In this document: one piece after another, positions 1-11,212 of the stretch | Position numbering within the stretch: position 1 is the first letter of the stretch | Layout: the number at the start of each line of letters is the position of its first letter | DNA from: Chrysomallon squamiferum | Lineage: Eukaryota > Animalia > Mollusca | DNA: 64,000 nt | NCBI GenBank assembly: GCA_012295275.1 | Contig: CM022669.1 | Coordinates: 5,146,001-5,210,000, forward strand | Direction of reading: 5' to 3' | The notes under the pieces: model-generated | Seen by the model: the letters and a program-made list of their open reading frames with translations, nothing else | Told to the model about the DNA's origin: nothing | Databases searched by the model: none | Program-made: the position numbers and the translations under genes

Positions 1-687
1 ATTGTAAAAATGGGTTTAACAAATATGACGTAAATATTAGCAATTTATATAAAATATTTATTTTTGTTGGTTGTGTTATTACGCTTGTTTTGTGTTACTG
101 CATATTGTTACGTGGTGTCGTAATGGCAAATTACCCTAAATATGACCCTAACGGCTAACCGTAGTGTCTCAGATGTTCATAACGTTACAAAGGCGGGAAA
201 AAACTCGACGTATTTCGCCCAGGTGACCAGTTAGTTCCAATACTGTATGACTCACCTGGGCCGTTTCCATAGAAATGGCCCACAGGCTTGGTGCCTAATT
301 ATTATTGAGTTTTCTGTTATAGATTCGAATACGACTGTAAGATATTTTATATTTCATAGATATATAGATTAAGAGATATAGACAGAAAAAACATGGAAAT
401 TATTATTTAACTATCTAACTAGATTTTTTTTTTTAATTATTATTCAAGTCGGAAGATAAATGAACAAATTAGAGGTTAATAAGTAAATAATTAGCAAGAA
501 AGTGTTGAGGAAAAATAAATAAATGGAAACGAGCAAAAAAAAAAAAAAAAAAAATGCAAAAAGAATATCAAAAACATCAAATGAATTAATATTATTTGCT
601 GACCGTTAATACGGAATAAAACACACTCGTGCACACACACAAACACTCCCATCACCACTTATGTATATGTATGTATATATATATCTT

Positions 688-721
<34 letters not shown>

Positions 722-944
722 GATCTATGTATCTATCTATATGCACAGAACATACCTACGTCCACAGATATATATATAAAACATTTTGAACTCCGTGACT
801 TGGAGATCATCATTTACACTAAGGAGTCATGTTCTCTCAGCACATCACTGTCAGTTTCAAACATAAATAGTTTATCTTTGTCTGCATCTTCTTTTTAAAC
901 ATTCATCTAGTTCGTTAGTGAATCGATATTTACTTAATGACCTT

Positions 945-1220
945 AAATAATAATAATAACAATAACAACAATAATAATAATAATGATGATGATGATGATG
1001 ATGATGATGACGATGATAATGATGATATAACTACTATCACTACCAATACCACTATCTATTACTACTACTACTATAACTATTATTATTACTATTACTAATT
1101 CGGCTGTTACAGCTATTATTATACCATTACCACCACTGCTACTACTACTACTACTACTATTACCACTACTACTAGTACTACTGTTACTACTACCATTATT
1201 ACTACTACTAAAATAATAAC
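945..1220. repeat. Compound trinucleotide microsatellite (AAT/GAT/TAC)
   Basis: Direct read. Confidence 0.9.
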
Positions 1221-1314
1221 GAAAAAGAAGAAGATGATGATATTTGTGTTTTTATATCAATGGTTAATTATGTGTTTATCACTGTGGATGTACATTACTT
1301 TTATATCAGTGATA

Positions 1315-1440
1315 TTAGAGAGGAATCTCGCTGTTGTCACTCCATGGTTACTCTTATCGACCAGCAGTAACTGATATTTTATATGCACCTTCTCATAAAC
1401 AGAAAATTAGTATGTTCTTTGATAAACCTGTCGTATGCCA
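1315..1440 (+). mobile_element. Old dispersed repeat (SINE-like) fragment; related copies at ~16235-16350, ~43925-44020 and ~45145-45210
   Basis: Shared degenerate core across copies: (tt)agcagcaa...ttttatatgcacc...ccacagacag...ttttgataaacc. The family is not identified with certainty. Confidence 0.45.
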
Positions 1441-1729
1441 GTAACAAACAATGTAATGAATATGGTGCTTCTAAGACAATCTCTTTATCACCGAGCTTAA
1501 TCTAATTCCACTGAGGATGCATTACGAGGTTTGAACTGTTGCCTTGTTGTAGACCGAGTAGAGACACTGTCTTTAAAACAAAGATTACAATAACATCAAA
1601 CATTGTTCTGTGCATAATTTGCGTTTGTTACGGTAAATTAAATTTTAGACTGGTTCAACTGTCTAATGTCAAAAACGGAGAGCTACAAAATCGACAGTAA
1701 AGGACTAGTAAACCGAAAAAAAGAGAAAG

Positions 1730-1737
<8 letters not shown>

Positions 1738-1812
<75 letters not shown>
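1738..1812. repeat. (GA)n microsatellite
   Basis: Direct read. Confidence 0.95.
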
Positions 1813-1816
<4 letters not shown>

Positions 1817-2392
1817 TATAAAGAAAGAACGAAAGAAAAAGGAGGAAAAAGAAAAAAAAGAAAATGAAAAAGTAAAATGTGAACTAAGAATAACTGAAAA
1901 AAGAGAAAAATGATGGATGGAAATAGAAAACGAATGTTTTTAATAAAAAAAAAAAACAAAAAACAACAACAAAAAAAAAAAAAAAAAAAAAACAACAAAA
2001 AAATGGAAACAACCTGCACAGATAATTAACATGCTTTGTTATATGATCTGTGCAGTAATCTCCAGCACTGTCATTTCAGAACGTTTGTTTTACTGTTTTT
2101 CTGTCTGCTTTCTTAACTTAACGCTATTTAAACTCCACGCACCACTAAAAAAAACCTCGAATGACGTCACTTGCATCGCTTATGTGATAACGGTAACTTG
2201 GTTACAAGTGTTTGGAATATTTTGCAGTAGAATGGTTCGAATTCTTCTTTTATTTTTTCTTTCTTCGTTTTCATATGGAAATGTATTTTCGAACAAAATA
2301 TTAATTATGATTATGATTTAATAATCGATGATCATTACAACTATTGTTTTTTCTTGATATAATTTCAGTTTACTTCTTTTTCCATTTTTGGG

Positions 2393-2395
<3 letters not shown>

Positions 2396-2487
<92 letters not shown>
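2396..2487. repeat. Compound (CT)n(CA)n microsatellite
   Basis: Direct read. Confidence 0.95.
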
Positions 2488-2490
<3 letters not shown>

Positions 2491-2855
2491 TTAAAAGGTC
2501 TCGGCATGCTTTTACAACATAAAAAAGAGAATTAAATCCGGTGAAGTAAAACTTCCAGATTCTAAATCTTTCATCAGCCAGTACTATCACCGTGTTGCGA
2601 TTTCCCATTTACTGAAGAACATGTCTGAGTGTTGCAAACTCAAAAACCTGTGTAAGAAGAGGATACTTAACGTCTGCAACAGACGCCATTTTGGAGAACC
2701 GCTAATTGTCGTTGTGTATTAGAACATGCGAATAGTTCAGGGAAGACGACAAAGTGAGAGAAGATCTTCACAAGTGTATATTGTATCTGACAGCGGGGAA
2801 TCAATGCGTCATTTCCTACTAACTCAGAGCAGCGAAACGAACACACTCCTTCAAA

Positions 2856-2920
<65 letters not shown>

Positions 2921-3433
2921 GGTGCGCATATGTATATATGATTATGAGTGATAGAGAGACAGGGGAAATACTGGTTCTGAAAACTGAATATGTATTGGTT
3001 GCTAAAAATAGAAATGTATATTACAAGGCCATTTTATTAGCTATTCTTTGAAATAATAACCTCTGAAAGAAACACAGCCTCCAGGATTAAATTATCCGAA
3101 CAGACAAACTTTGTAATTAACATGCTTACGTTTTCTCAGTTCAGACAATGAAAAGAAAAATATATAGTAATATAGAACCAGTTTAACAATCGCCGTTGAA
3201 ACATGGAGTACCACTAAAAATTTGGAAAATGTAAGATAATATGCAATAAATAATTTCTTTTTTTAATGCTCCAACACTATCTTCGAGAGATTAGCCAGGG
3301 AAATAAAAGATTTAATGGTATGTTTCAATGCACAACAATCAACATGATATATCTTTGTTGATTAATACATTATTTGTATTTTATTTCAGATTTCTGTCTA
3401 CATTTTTAAACACCTGTCCTCTTTGACAACGAC

Positions 3434-4504
3434 ATGAGTTCAGCCGCCGTACTGTCTTCTGCAGTGCCATTTTGTCAGCACAAGGCCAGGATAGGAACAA
3501 CTCGTTGTGGAATGGGATTCAGCTGTGGAAATGCTGTGAAAAATACTGTCAGACATATGGTTAGCAATCTGGAAAATGTGATCACAAATCTGCAAGGCAT
3601 CGTGGGAGATCTTCACACGCTAGTCAAACAGATTGACGTGGTCACAAATAAAATGGACAATTCGTACGGGCCCCAGTGGAGTAAGAGTCCATGTACGATG
3701 CACAGAAAGAAACCATCTAAAAAGAACCATTACATCAAAGAGGAAATAAAGACCGATAACTCTGTTTTCAATTGGCAAACGATGACAGAAAAAAGGGCAG
3801 AACAGGGCGCTTCGCCCGACATAGACTGGTCTTATTTGTCTTTAACCAGCAACGAGATTGAGAAAATGAAACAGTCTAATTCTCCAGGCGTGACGTCACG
3901 TCCGTGTGCAATGAGACGAATAAGAGAACCCAACCCGCATTTGAATTTGTGTGGCGGCAGTTTTGAATGTGACGTAGATAAAGATGCTCCGCTGGATAAC
4001 GACCCGAACGTTACCGGATCTCGTGACCCAGTGTTTGATTCGTTGGAATTTGAAGCTTTTTCTAGTGACACGAGTAACGACTACATCCCTAAACCAACCC
4101 CCGTCGTCCCCGAACACGTGTTTTGTGAAGAGGTTGTGGACAGCAACACAGAAGGCGGCTACTGCGGCATGTACGAGTCGGCTATGGAATCCAAACTTGA
4201 GTCTCTCTCCGACTGCGACGAAGATTACGACGATTCCGACGTTGATGACGATATCAGCTTTAACAGACAGTCAGACATCGAGGATGACCGGCCTTCTATT
4301 AGGTCAGGTGACTTTCAGGCAGATTACAATCGCCGTGTTAATCCTTGGACATCGTTTAATCTCGTACACTTGGACTCGACTCACGATTCGGATGATCTTG
4401 TATCGGACTGTGCCTCGGATATTCTCAATGAAAACTACATAGAGAACTCGTCTGTACAGTCTGGAAATGTGGTTTTTACACTGCCTCATCACATATGTTT
4501 CTAG
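3434..4504 (+). CDS. PRR16 (Largen)/INSYN1-family protein (DUF4589-like N-terminal coiled coil, acidic disordered C-terminus), single coding exon, 356 aa
   Basis: Long GC-richer ORF preceded by splice acceptor ttttatttcag (~3379-3389). Segment VKNTVRHMVSNLENVITNLQGIVGDLHTLVKQIDVVTNKMD resembles by eye the conserved N-terminal helix of human PRR16 (VKEQIKIIVEDLELVLGDLKDVAKELKEVVDQIDTLTSDL, recalled) and INSYN1. The rest is D/E/S-rich. Confidence 0.72.
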   Translation: MSSAAVLSSAVPFCQHKARIGTTRCGMGFSCGNAVKNTVRHMVSNLENVITNLQGIVGDLHTLVKQIDVVTNKMDNSYGPQWSKSPCTMHRKKPSKKNHYIKEEIKTDNSVFNWQTMTEKRAEQGASPDIDWSYLSLTSNEIEKMKQSNSPGVTSRPCAMRRIREPNPHLNLCGGSFECDVDKDAPLDNDPNVTGSRDPVFDSLEFEAFSSDTSNDYIPKPTPVVPEHVFCEEVVDSNTEGGYCGMYESAMESKLESLSDCDEDYDDSDVDDDISFNRQSDIEDDRPSIRSGDFQADYNRRVNPWTSFNLVHLDSTHDSDDLVSDCASDILNENYIENSSVQSGNVVFTLPHHICF

Positions 4505-6303
4505 CAACTGATAGATACCGAGTCTGTTAGCTAACTTAAAGTGTGGCACAAACAATAAGCCTATTTTGTATAATTCCAAATATTATTCAGTTAACATCAT
4601 TCTTTGCTGATAACAAAGTATATGGCAATAATGTAACTAAGATGCATGGACATTACCGAATTCCCTTCTGTTATGACGTCAAATGTAACAACAACAACAA
4701 CAACAACATTATATTATTATTTATTTATTTATTAATTTTTTCTCCATAAATACTTATAAATTAGCAAAACGAATATATCACTGTCAAAATTTATATTATT
4801 ATCCTTTTTTCTCCTTTATTTACATTTATATGTACAAAATGACGTAATGAAATAAGGGAATATCTTAGCTCTCGTACAACATAAACTTTATTATTTTCAC
4901 ATATTGTTCCCTAGATAAAAATTAAAACAGACGTATAGAATATGTACTTAGACCATTTGTTGATACAGACATACATTTTAATCTACAAATGATTTTAAAT
5001 TTTAACATTATGCTTTAGATTTATCATCAAAATTAATAATATTTTAGCTTTGTTTAGAATAGATTAATCTTTTAAATCTGTGAGTAATCTAACCACAATT
5101 TATTTCATCAGTTTAAACATAGAAATCGTTAAAATTTAATTTCTATGGATCCATTTAACATACAAATATGAATAACATTCATGTGTTTAATATAAAACAG
5201 CCATAGTTTAATGAAATTTATCATTTTAACTTATTACGTTACTTAATTTCATTATTCTAAAATAAAACTTAATATTTTCTAGATTCATATCTTTTAACAT
5301 TAGAATGCATGCTGTATTTTAAAATTTTAAATCGTGTTTATTCTAACAAAGTTATTCATTACTGTTTTCATCATACTAACACAGTTGTTTAAGAAAAGTT
5401 TACTGGTCATACGAAGTTCTAACATCAAACTCAAATAATAATTAAAATTTCATTTTACTGAACGATGTTTCATTGGTTGTGATTTACTGTATTTTCTGCG
5501 AGAAGTACATGAACTTATTTTATAACCGTTATTGGTGAATCTAACAGTTATTTTAATACGAGTTTATAACACAGAGTTAATCAGTCCCAGTATTTTGAAA
5601 CTTAGTGCTTCTGGTTACATCTACATATTTTTGTTAATAAATCATACTAAAATAGTTTAGTTTTGTGTTTATGTCGCTCGTACAACTTTCTGCAGCTGTT
5701 AGTTATTTCAGTCTGGAACATTTAGTCACAGTTCACGTTTCACTTACATTTTAATTCTACGGTTTTGTTCTATCGGTAATTCACAAATATATTCGTAACG
5801 ACAATGAGCAAAGGGCAGAATGCAGCTGTTGAAATTTGTAACGCATTTCCAACATAAAAGTAAATCATGGCGTTAAATACTGAGGTATGTGCTATTGTAT
5901 TCGTTAGAAAGATTGTACAGTTTGTGAAGCTTTAATGTCACCAAATCTACCTTCATTTTCAGTTTGTGATGATCAGCGTTAGTTGTGTATTAGCCACAAC
6001 ACTGGTAATTAACAAGATCGTATCCTGATATTTCACTGCTGCAGGTTCGTGCGCATACATGGGATATGTAGAGACCGTCAAGGATAGAACGTGTGAAATC
6101 AAGAAATAATTAAGCAAATTTATGATGCTGAACAGTTTTTAAATCGATTTTAATAGTTTGTGATATTAAAGTGCATACAAACAAAATTACTTTTATTATT
6201 TTCTAAATATTAGAAAGACAAATATTTAAAAATTCATTCTGATCAAATTTCTCTCCTTAGAAATATATATATTTTTTACGTTTATTATTATAATAATAAT
6301 TTT

Positions 6304-6350
<47 letters not shown>

Positions 6351-6693
6351 TTATCTGTATATGCTATTCAAAACTTGCTTTCAATGTAACGTAATTTCAA
6401 ACATTCAGTTTTTTTAAGCATTTCGTCTCGGCGACAACCGGATATCCACAACTTTGCCTGATTGTTGTTTTGTTAGGGATTTTTTTTTTTGTTGTTGTTG
6501 TTATTTTTAGGTAAAGTTGAACTGCGTGACAAATATCGTATTTTTAAACACTATCGTTTTTGAAGGAATTAATGAATCCAATCAAATTCGTTCTAGTCTT
6601 TAAATGGGCAAGATCGACTTTTTTTTTTTTTAAATCTTTATAAACATGATGGATATAACAACTAAATTAAGTACTGTATCTAAAACTAAAAAA

Positions 6694-6724
<31 letters not shown>

Positions 6725-7934
6725 TAATAATAATAATTATATATATATATAAATGTTTTTTTTTAAATCCACACCACAAAAAACTATGATATGTCCTACG
6801 AATTAAACTCCTCGATTTAATTGGCTTCAAGTTTCACCGATTCAAATGACAAGATTTATTTTCTTATAACGAGAAACGTCTTGTTATAAAAAGGTAATAT
6901 TGATCGCTTACAAACTTTTGGAAATAAAATAATAATGTTGCTTTATTTACTTTAACGCAGTTGTAACGTGCATTTGATAACGATTTTCACTTGTAAAAGA
7001 AGCCTTATCGATCGCGGCTTTACAAGATGGCAGGAATTTAAAAAATATATAATGTTATTAATAATAATAAAAATGTAAATTACGAAAAAGAAACTTATAT
7101 TTAATAATAATAATAATAATATAATAATAACAATAATAATTACATTTTTTTTCTTTAAATAATGAAAAAAAGAAGAAAATAGATGTCTCCTTTTTTCACA
7201 CAAGAGATCCCTGAAGGCATTTAACATTAGAATTCATATCTTCAATCACTGAATACCCTGTCATTCTCGTTAACTGCAAGGACATGGCATTATGAAATCT
7301 GAACCAGTGCTAGATCAGATTGATATTTAATAACCTAGCTAAACTGTGATTAGCTTTACTATCTCTCGTTCCTTATAAAAAAAAAAAAAAAAAAAATCTT
7401 ATTTCTGTTAGTTTCGTGTTTAAAGGAGAGTGAGAACACGTTTTTTTTAAATTCTTACTGCTGAATATTGTTCATTTTGTTACAGGTTATGGTTAGTTTA
7501 ACCTGAGAGATCAGAGAGTAATAATGTAATAACATCTCAAGAAGAAAATATGATGAACTAAACTGAACTTCAATAAAGCATGAAAAATAAGATGCTGGTA
7601 AATAAATATATAAATAAATAAATATTTATAAATATAAATAAATATCAATCAAACAATCAATCAATCAATCAAATAAAATAAAATTCTTTTTAGGAGACCA
7701 GTACAAAGTCAAATGTATAACTGTAAGGTAAATATTTTATTCTTTAGGTAAATAACTTAAGAGAGAAACCATTAAAAGGCATGCATTAAAAAATATCGAT
7801 TATGTCCCTTGGATGTGAAGTTGACCATGTACAAATAATAAATGTACCAATATGCTCAGAATAATTATATGCATAATATATTATAATACAATTAAAACTA
7901 TTGTTTTACTATAAAGGTAATACAAATTAAGAAT

Positions 7935-7971
<37 letters not shown>

Positions 7972-9252
7972 AAAAAAACAGTATTTACAAAAATAAAATA
8001 AAATAATCTATTTACACATATATAACTAAATAAACATAAAATATTTAATAGTTATAGTCTTTTGTTTTATTTCTTTTCATGTATGATATGGAAGCACATT
8101 TCTTTTCTTTGTTGTTTTTTTTTTAAATATACTGTATACCTTTTTTTTGGCTTAACATAAAAAAAAACAATAATATACATTTATTTACTCTCTTATACAA
8201 ACAACTATCATAATTTTAAACAAATGCTAAAATAAAACCAAGTAGAAACACAAGCATTAAACATATCTGTTTATATCAAATTATGTCTGAATGAAGAACA
8301 GTCTTGTTTTCAAAACATTCAAAGTGACATGAAAATAAAAAAAAAAATAAAATAAAATAATTTTAAAATAATCTTACAAAATGATATAAAATTATTGAAA
8401 AACTGTATTGAGATATACCAGAAAAAACATATTTCAAATACATCCCTTCTATCCATACAAAAAAACAATAACTGAACAACAACAACCTCTCACAAAAAAC
8501 CCCAACAAATCTCATCACATGCATAATAAACAATGAAATAAATGAAAAGATATTAATAGAAATGTAACTGAAATTGAAATTGCTTTTGTCCATTTTTTCA
8601 ACAAAAATATTATTTCAATAATTAAATATTGTGAGATTATGGGAAAATATTAATAGTTGAAATTTGTTTATCATGAAGGCACATGGTTGTTTCTATAAAA
8701 GTAACTAAACAAAAGATTTTATAGAAATAATAATTTAGAAAATATAATTTTTAATAAATATTTTTCATTTTTATATAAACTGATATGCTCATAAATAACC
8801 AAATATCTTTTGCAGTTATCTTTTGCCTGTTTACTTATGAGCCACCCAAAACAAAATCATATATGTATCTAAACAAAATGAACATTATTAAAAATAAACG
8901 AAAAGATAAATAATAATATTCTCAACAAATACTGAAATGTTTTTTAGAACTATATTTTCTTTTTTTTCTTTTGCTTCTTTTGTTTATTTTTTTTTTCTAT
9001 TTTTGTTTAATTAAAAATCACACGAAATAATTCAGTTACTAAAATTATCATAAATCACTGTGTCATACATTCAGGGTATTAATACATTAACATATACACT
9101 TATCACAAACTCATATTAATAGTACACACTAAAACTACCATGCTAAACAAATGAATGGCAGAACAAAATATACAAATAGAAAAAATGTATAATGAGGATT
9201 TGTTTGGTATACATTAGAATGATAGTGAAACATGAATGTCTAGTGGTAAATA

Positions 9253-9469
9253 TTATAAATCTTCTTTTCTTTTTTCCATTTTCACTGCATAAATACCTAA
9301 TCTTGTTAAATGAGCATCAAATTTAGGTCCAACTTCAACTGAAAAATAATGATTATAGTAATAGTTACACAGCTGTCTTAAACGACTGATAAAAGAGTAT
9401 ATTTACCTAAGATTTTCAATATCCAGTTTATAATTTTCTTTGTTCTAAAGTGTTGAATGTTTCAAAATT

Positions 9470-9506
<37 letters not shown>

Positions 9507-9988
9507 AACTACATTAGAGCTTACCTTTGTTAGATTTTCTATCTAACTGAAAATCTTTATCATCCTTTAATTCTTTACCAGATTCCCCCTAAAATAAAAA
9601 AATAAAAATAAAATAAAAACATTATTATCATTGCTATTTATTATTAATACATATTGTCAACATTAATATCTCAAAGAAAGTTATATCCTCAAAATAATTT
9701 TTGAAAAGATCAATCCTCTCATAATAATATTATATTTAAAAACTAGATGAATAAAATAAGAAATTATGTACATCTGCATAATAAATCTCTGCTGGTTAAA
9801 GAAGTAAAAAAGACTAAAACATACATTTGCAACAGCATGCTGAGCTTTAATGCTGGCACCATGAATCTCAAGTTTGAATGACATGAAAAAGAGATATGAA
9901 GTTCCACTCTCTCGTTCAACAAAACAACTTAATTGTTTTCCATCTCTGCTAGAACCAATTTTCATCAACCATTTCTGAAAATGTAAAA

Positions 9989-10023
<35 letters not shown>

Positions 10024-10903
10024 CAATATATACATATACATTAGAAAGCACCAAATCATTGTCAGGTTAAATTGTGTACACCATTACCTGACATTTTAAG
10101 AACAAGTAATTTTTAAAAATTAATTTTATTTTAATATTCTGCTTTTTAATTTTATATACATTTATACATACATATATGTATGTACATACTTCATAGACAT
10201 AGACAAACACACACACATGTCCTTGTCAGTTTTATTAAATATAGTCAGTAACAACTGCAGCCAATCACAATGTTACATGTAACTATCACTATCAGTTTAA
10301 TTCACTTTACGTATGTATCATTGTATGTATATATATTTATTTATTTTCTCATAAATTTATAATGATTATTGAAATATCATTGATATTTTTGTCTACACAA
10401 TCAAAAGTAATTATGATTTGGTGCTTTGTAATTTAATTTAATATTATTTTTTAATTTTTATTTATTGGTGGGATGACGGATGATTAGGAGATAAAGCGAT
10501 GTTCTAGTTCGTTGTTCTATTCTATAAGTGTAACTTGTAGGTTTTGGGTGGATTGTGTTTTTATTAAATACCTCTTTGGTACCTCCTTGAGCTTGCCACG
10601 TAAATGTACACGATACTCCGTGATTAGGCTGTAAAAATAACAGAAAAAGAATGATATGTATCAAAAAAAGTAATTACAAACAAAATCGAAAACAAAAATT
10701 CTAGCGGTAATCTAGTTCTGAAAACAGCTGGGGAGAGGCATTAAAAATATTCTCACCGAGTCCTGTTTGAAATTTAGTGTCTGTCCACCGACTATAACAT
10801 CAAACTCTGATGTTTCAATACTGTCGCTATCAATATCATAAGCTTGACTTTTCAGACAAAGAATGCCAAATAATATAATAAATAAACAATCCTGATACCA
10901 CAT
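9253..10903 (-). CDS. MYDGF: Myeloid-derived growth factor homolog (C19orf10), 5 exons, 167 aa, signal peptide and C-terminal KEDL
   Basis: Exons (minus) 10757-10903, 10572-10628, 9825-9974, 9525-9588, 9253-9338; all GT-AG and in frame (504 nt). Protein MWYQDCLFIILFGILCLKSQA...EFDVIVGG...CTFTWQAQGGTKEKWLMKIG...LSCFVERESGTSYLFFMSFKLEIHGA...KFDAHLTRLGIYAVKMEKRKEDL matches human MYDGF motifs (FDVRPGG, CMFTYASQGGTNEQW, CTIWRPQGKSYLYFTQFK, C-terminal RTEL). Confidence 0.92.
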
Positions 10904-11212
10904 AATTCCTTTTAATACAGCACAACAAGCTGTCGACGTCTGCTCTAAGTTTTATTCTTCCTTCCGTATTGTTCTGCCCTTATTGGAGAACCCTATTAAA
11001 TAAGGTTTTTGTTTTATTTTGTTTTTTTTTTTTGTTTTTGACCAGCTTTTATTTAGGATAATTTCATCTATTTATTAATACAAGTTACGCAGATTATTAG
11101 TAATATACATTTTCTTGTTTGATATTTTGTAGAACTAAATTGGTCGAATTGCCCCTGAATAGTGCTCTCACGTTAAAGGTTTCAGAAAAGTATTAAAAAA
11201 TAACAAACAAAG
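10904..11212. promoter_or_regulatory. Putative bidirectional promoter shared by MYDGF and HSD17B4
   Basis: Only 309 bp separate the two divergent ATGs (10903 on -, 11213 on +). CpGs are locally retained, in contrast with the CpG-poor gene bodies on either side. Confidence 0.7.

Noticed and set aside
629-2941. Short ORFs with LSLSLS, ERERER, HTHTHT or IIII runs here and throughout the window
   Set aside because: They are translations of (CT)n, (GA)n, (CA)n and (AAT)n microsatellites; there is no coding signal.
3832-4579. Overlapping alternative-frame and antisense ORFs inside the PRR16/INSYN1-like CDS (likewise in the FkbM, ZnF and F-box CDSs)
   Set aside because: Expected shadow ORFs of GC-richer coding sequence; no motifs.
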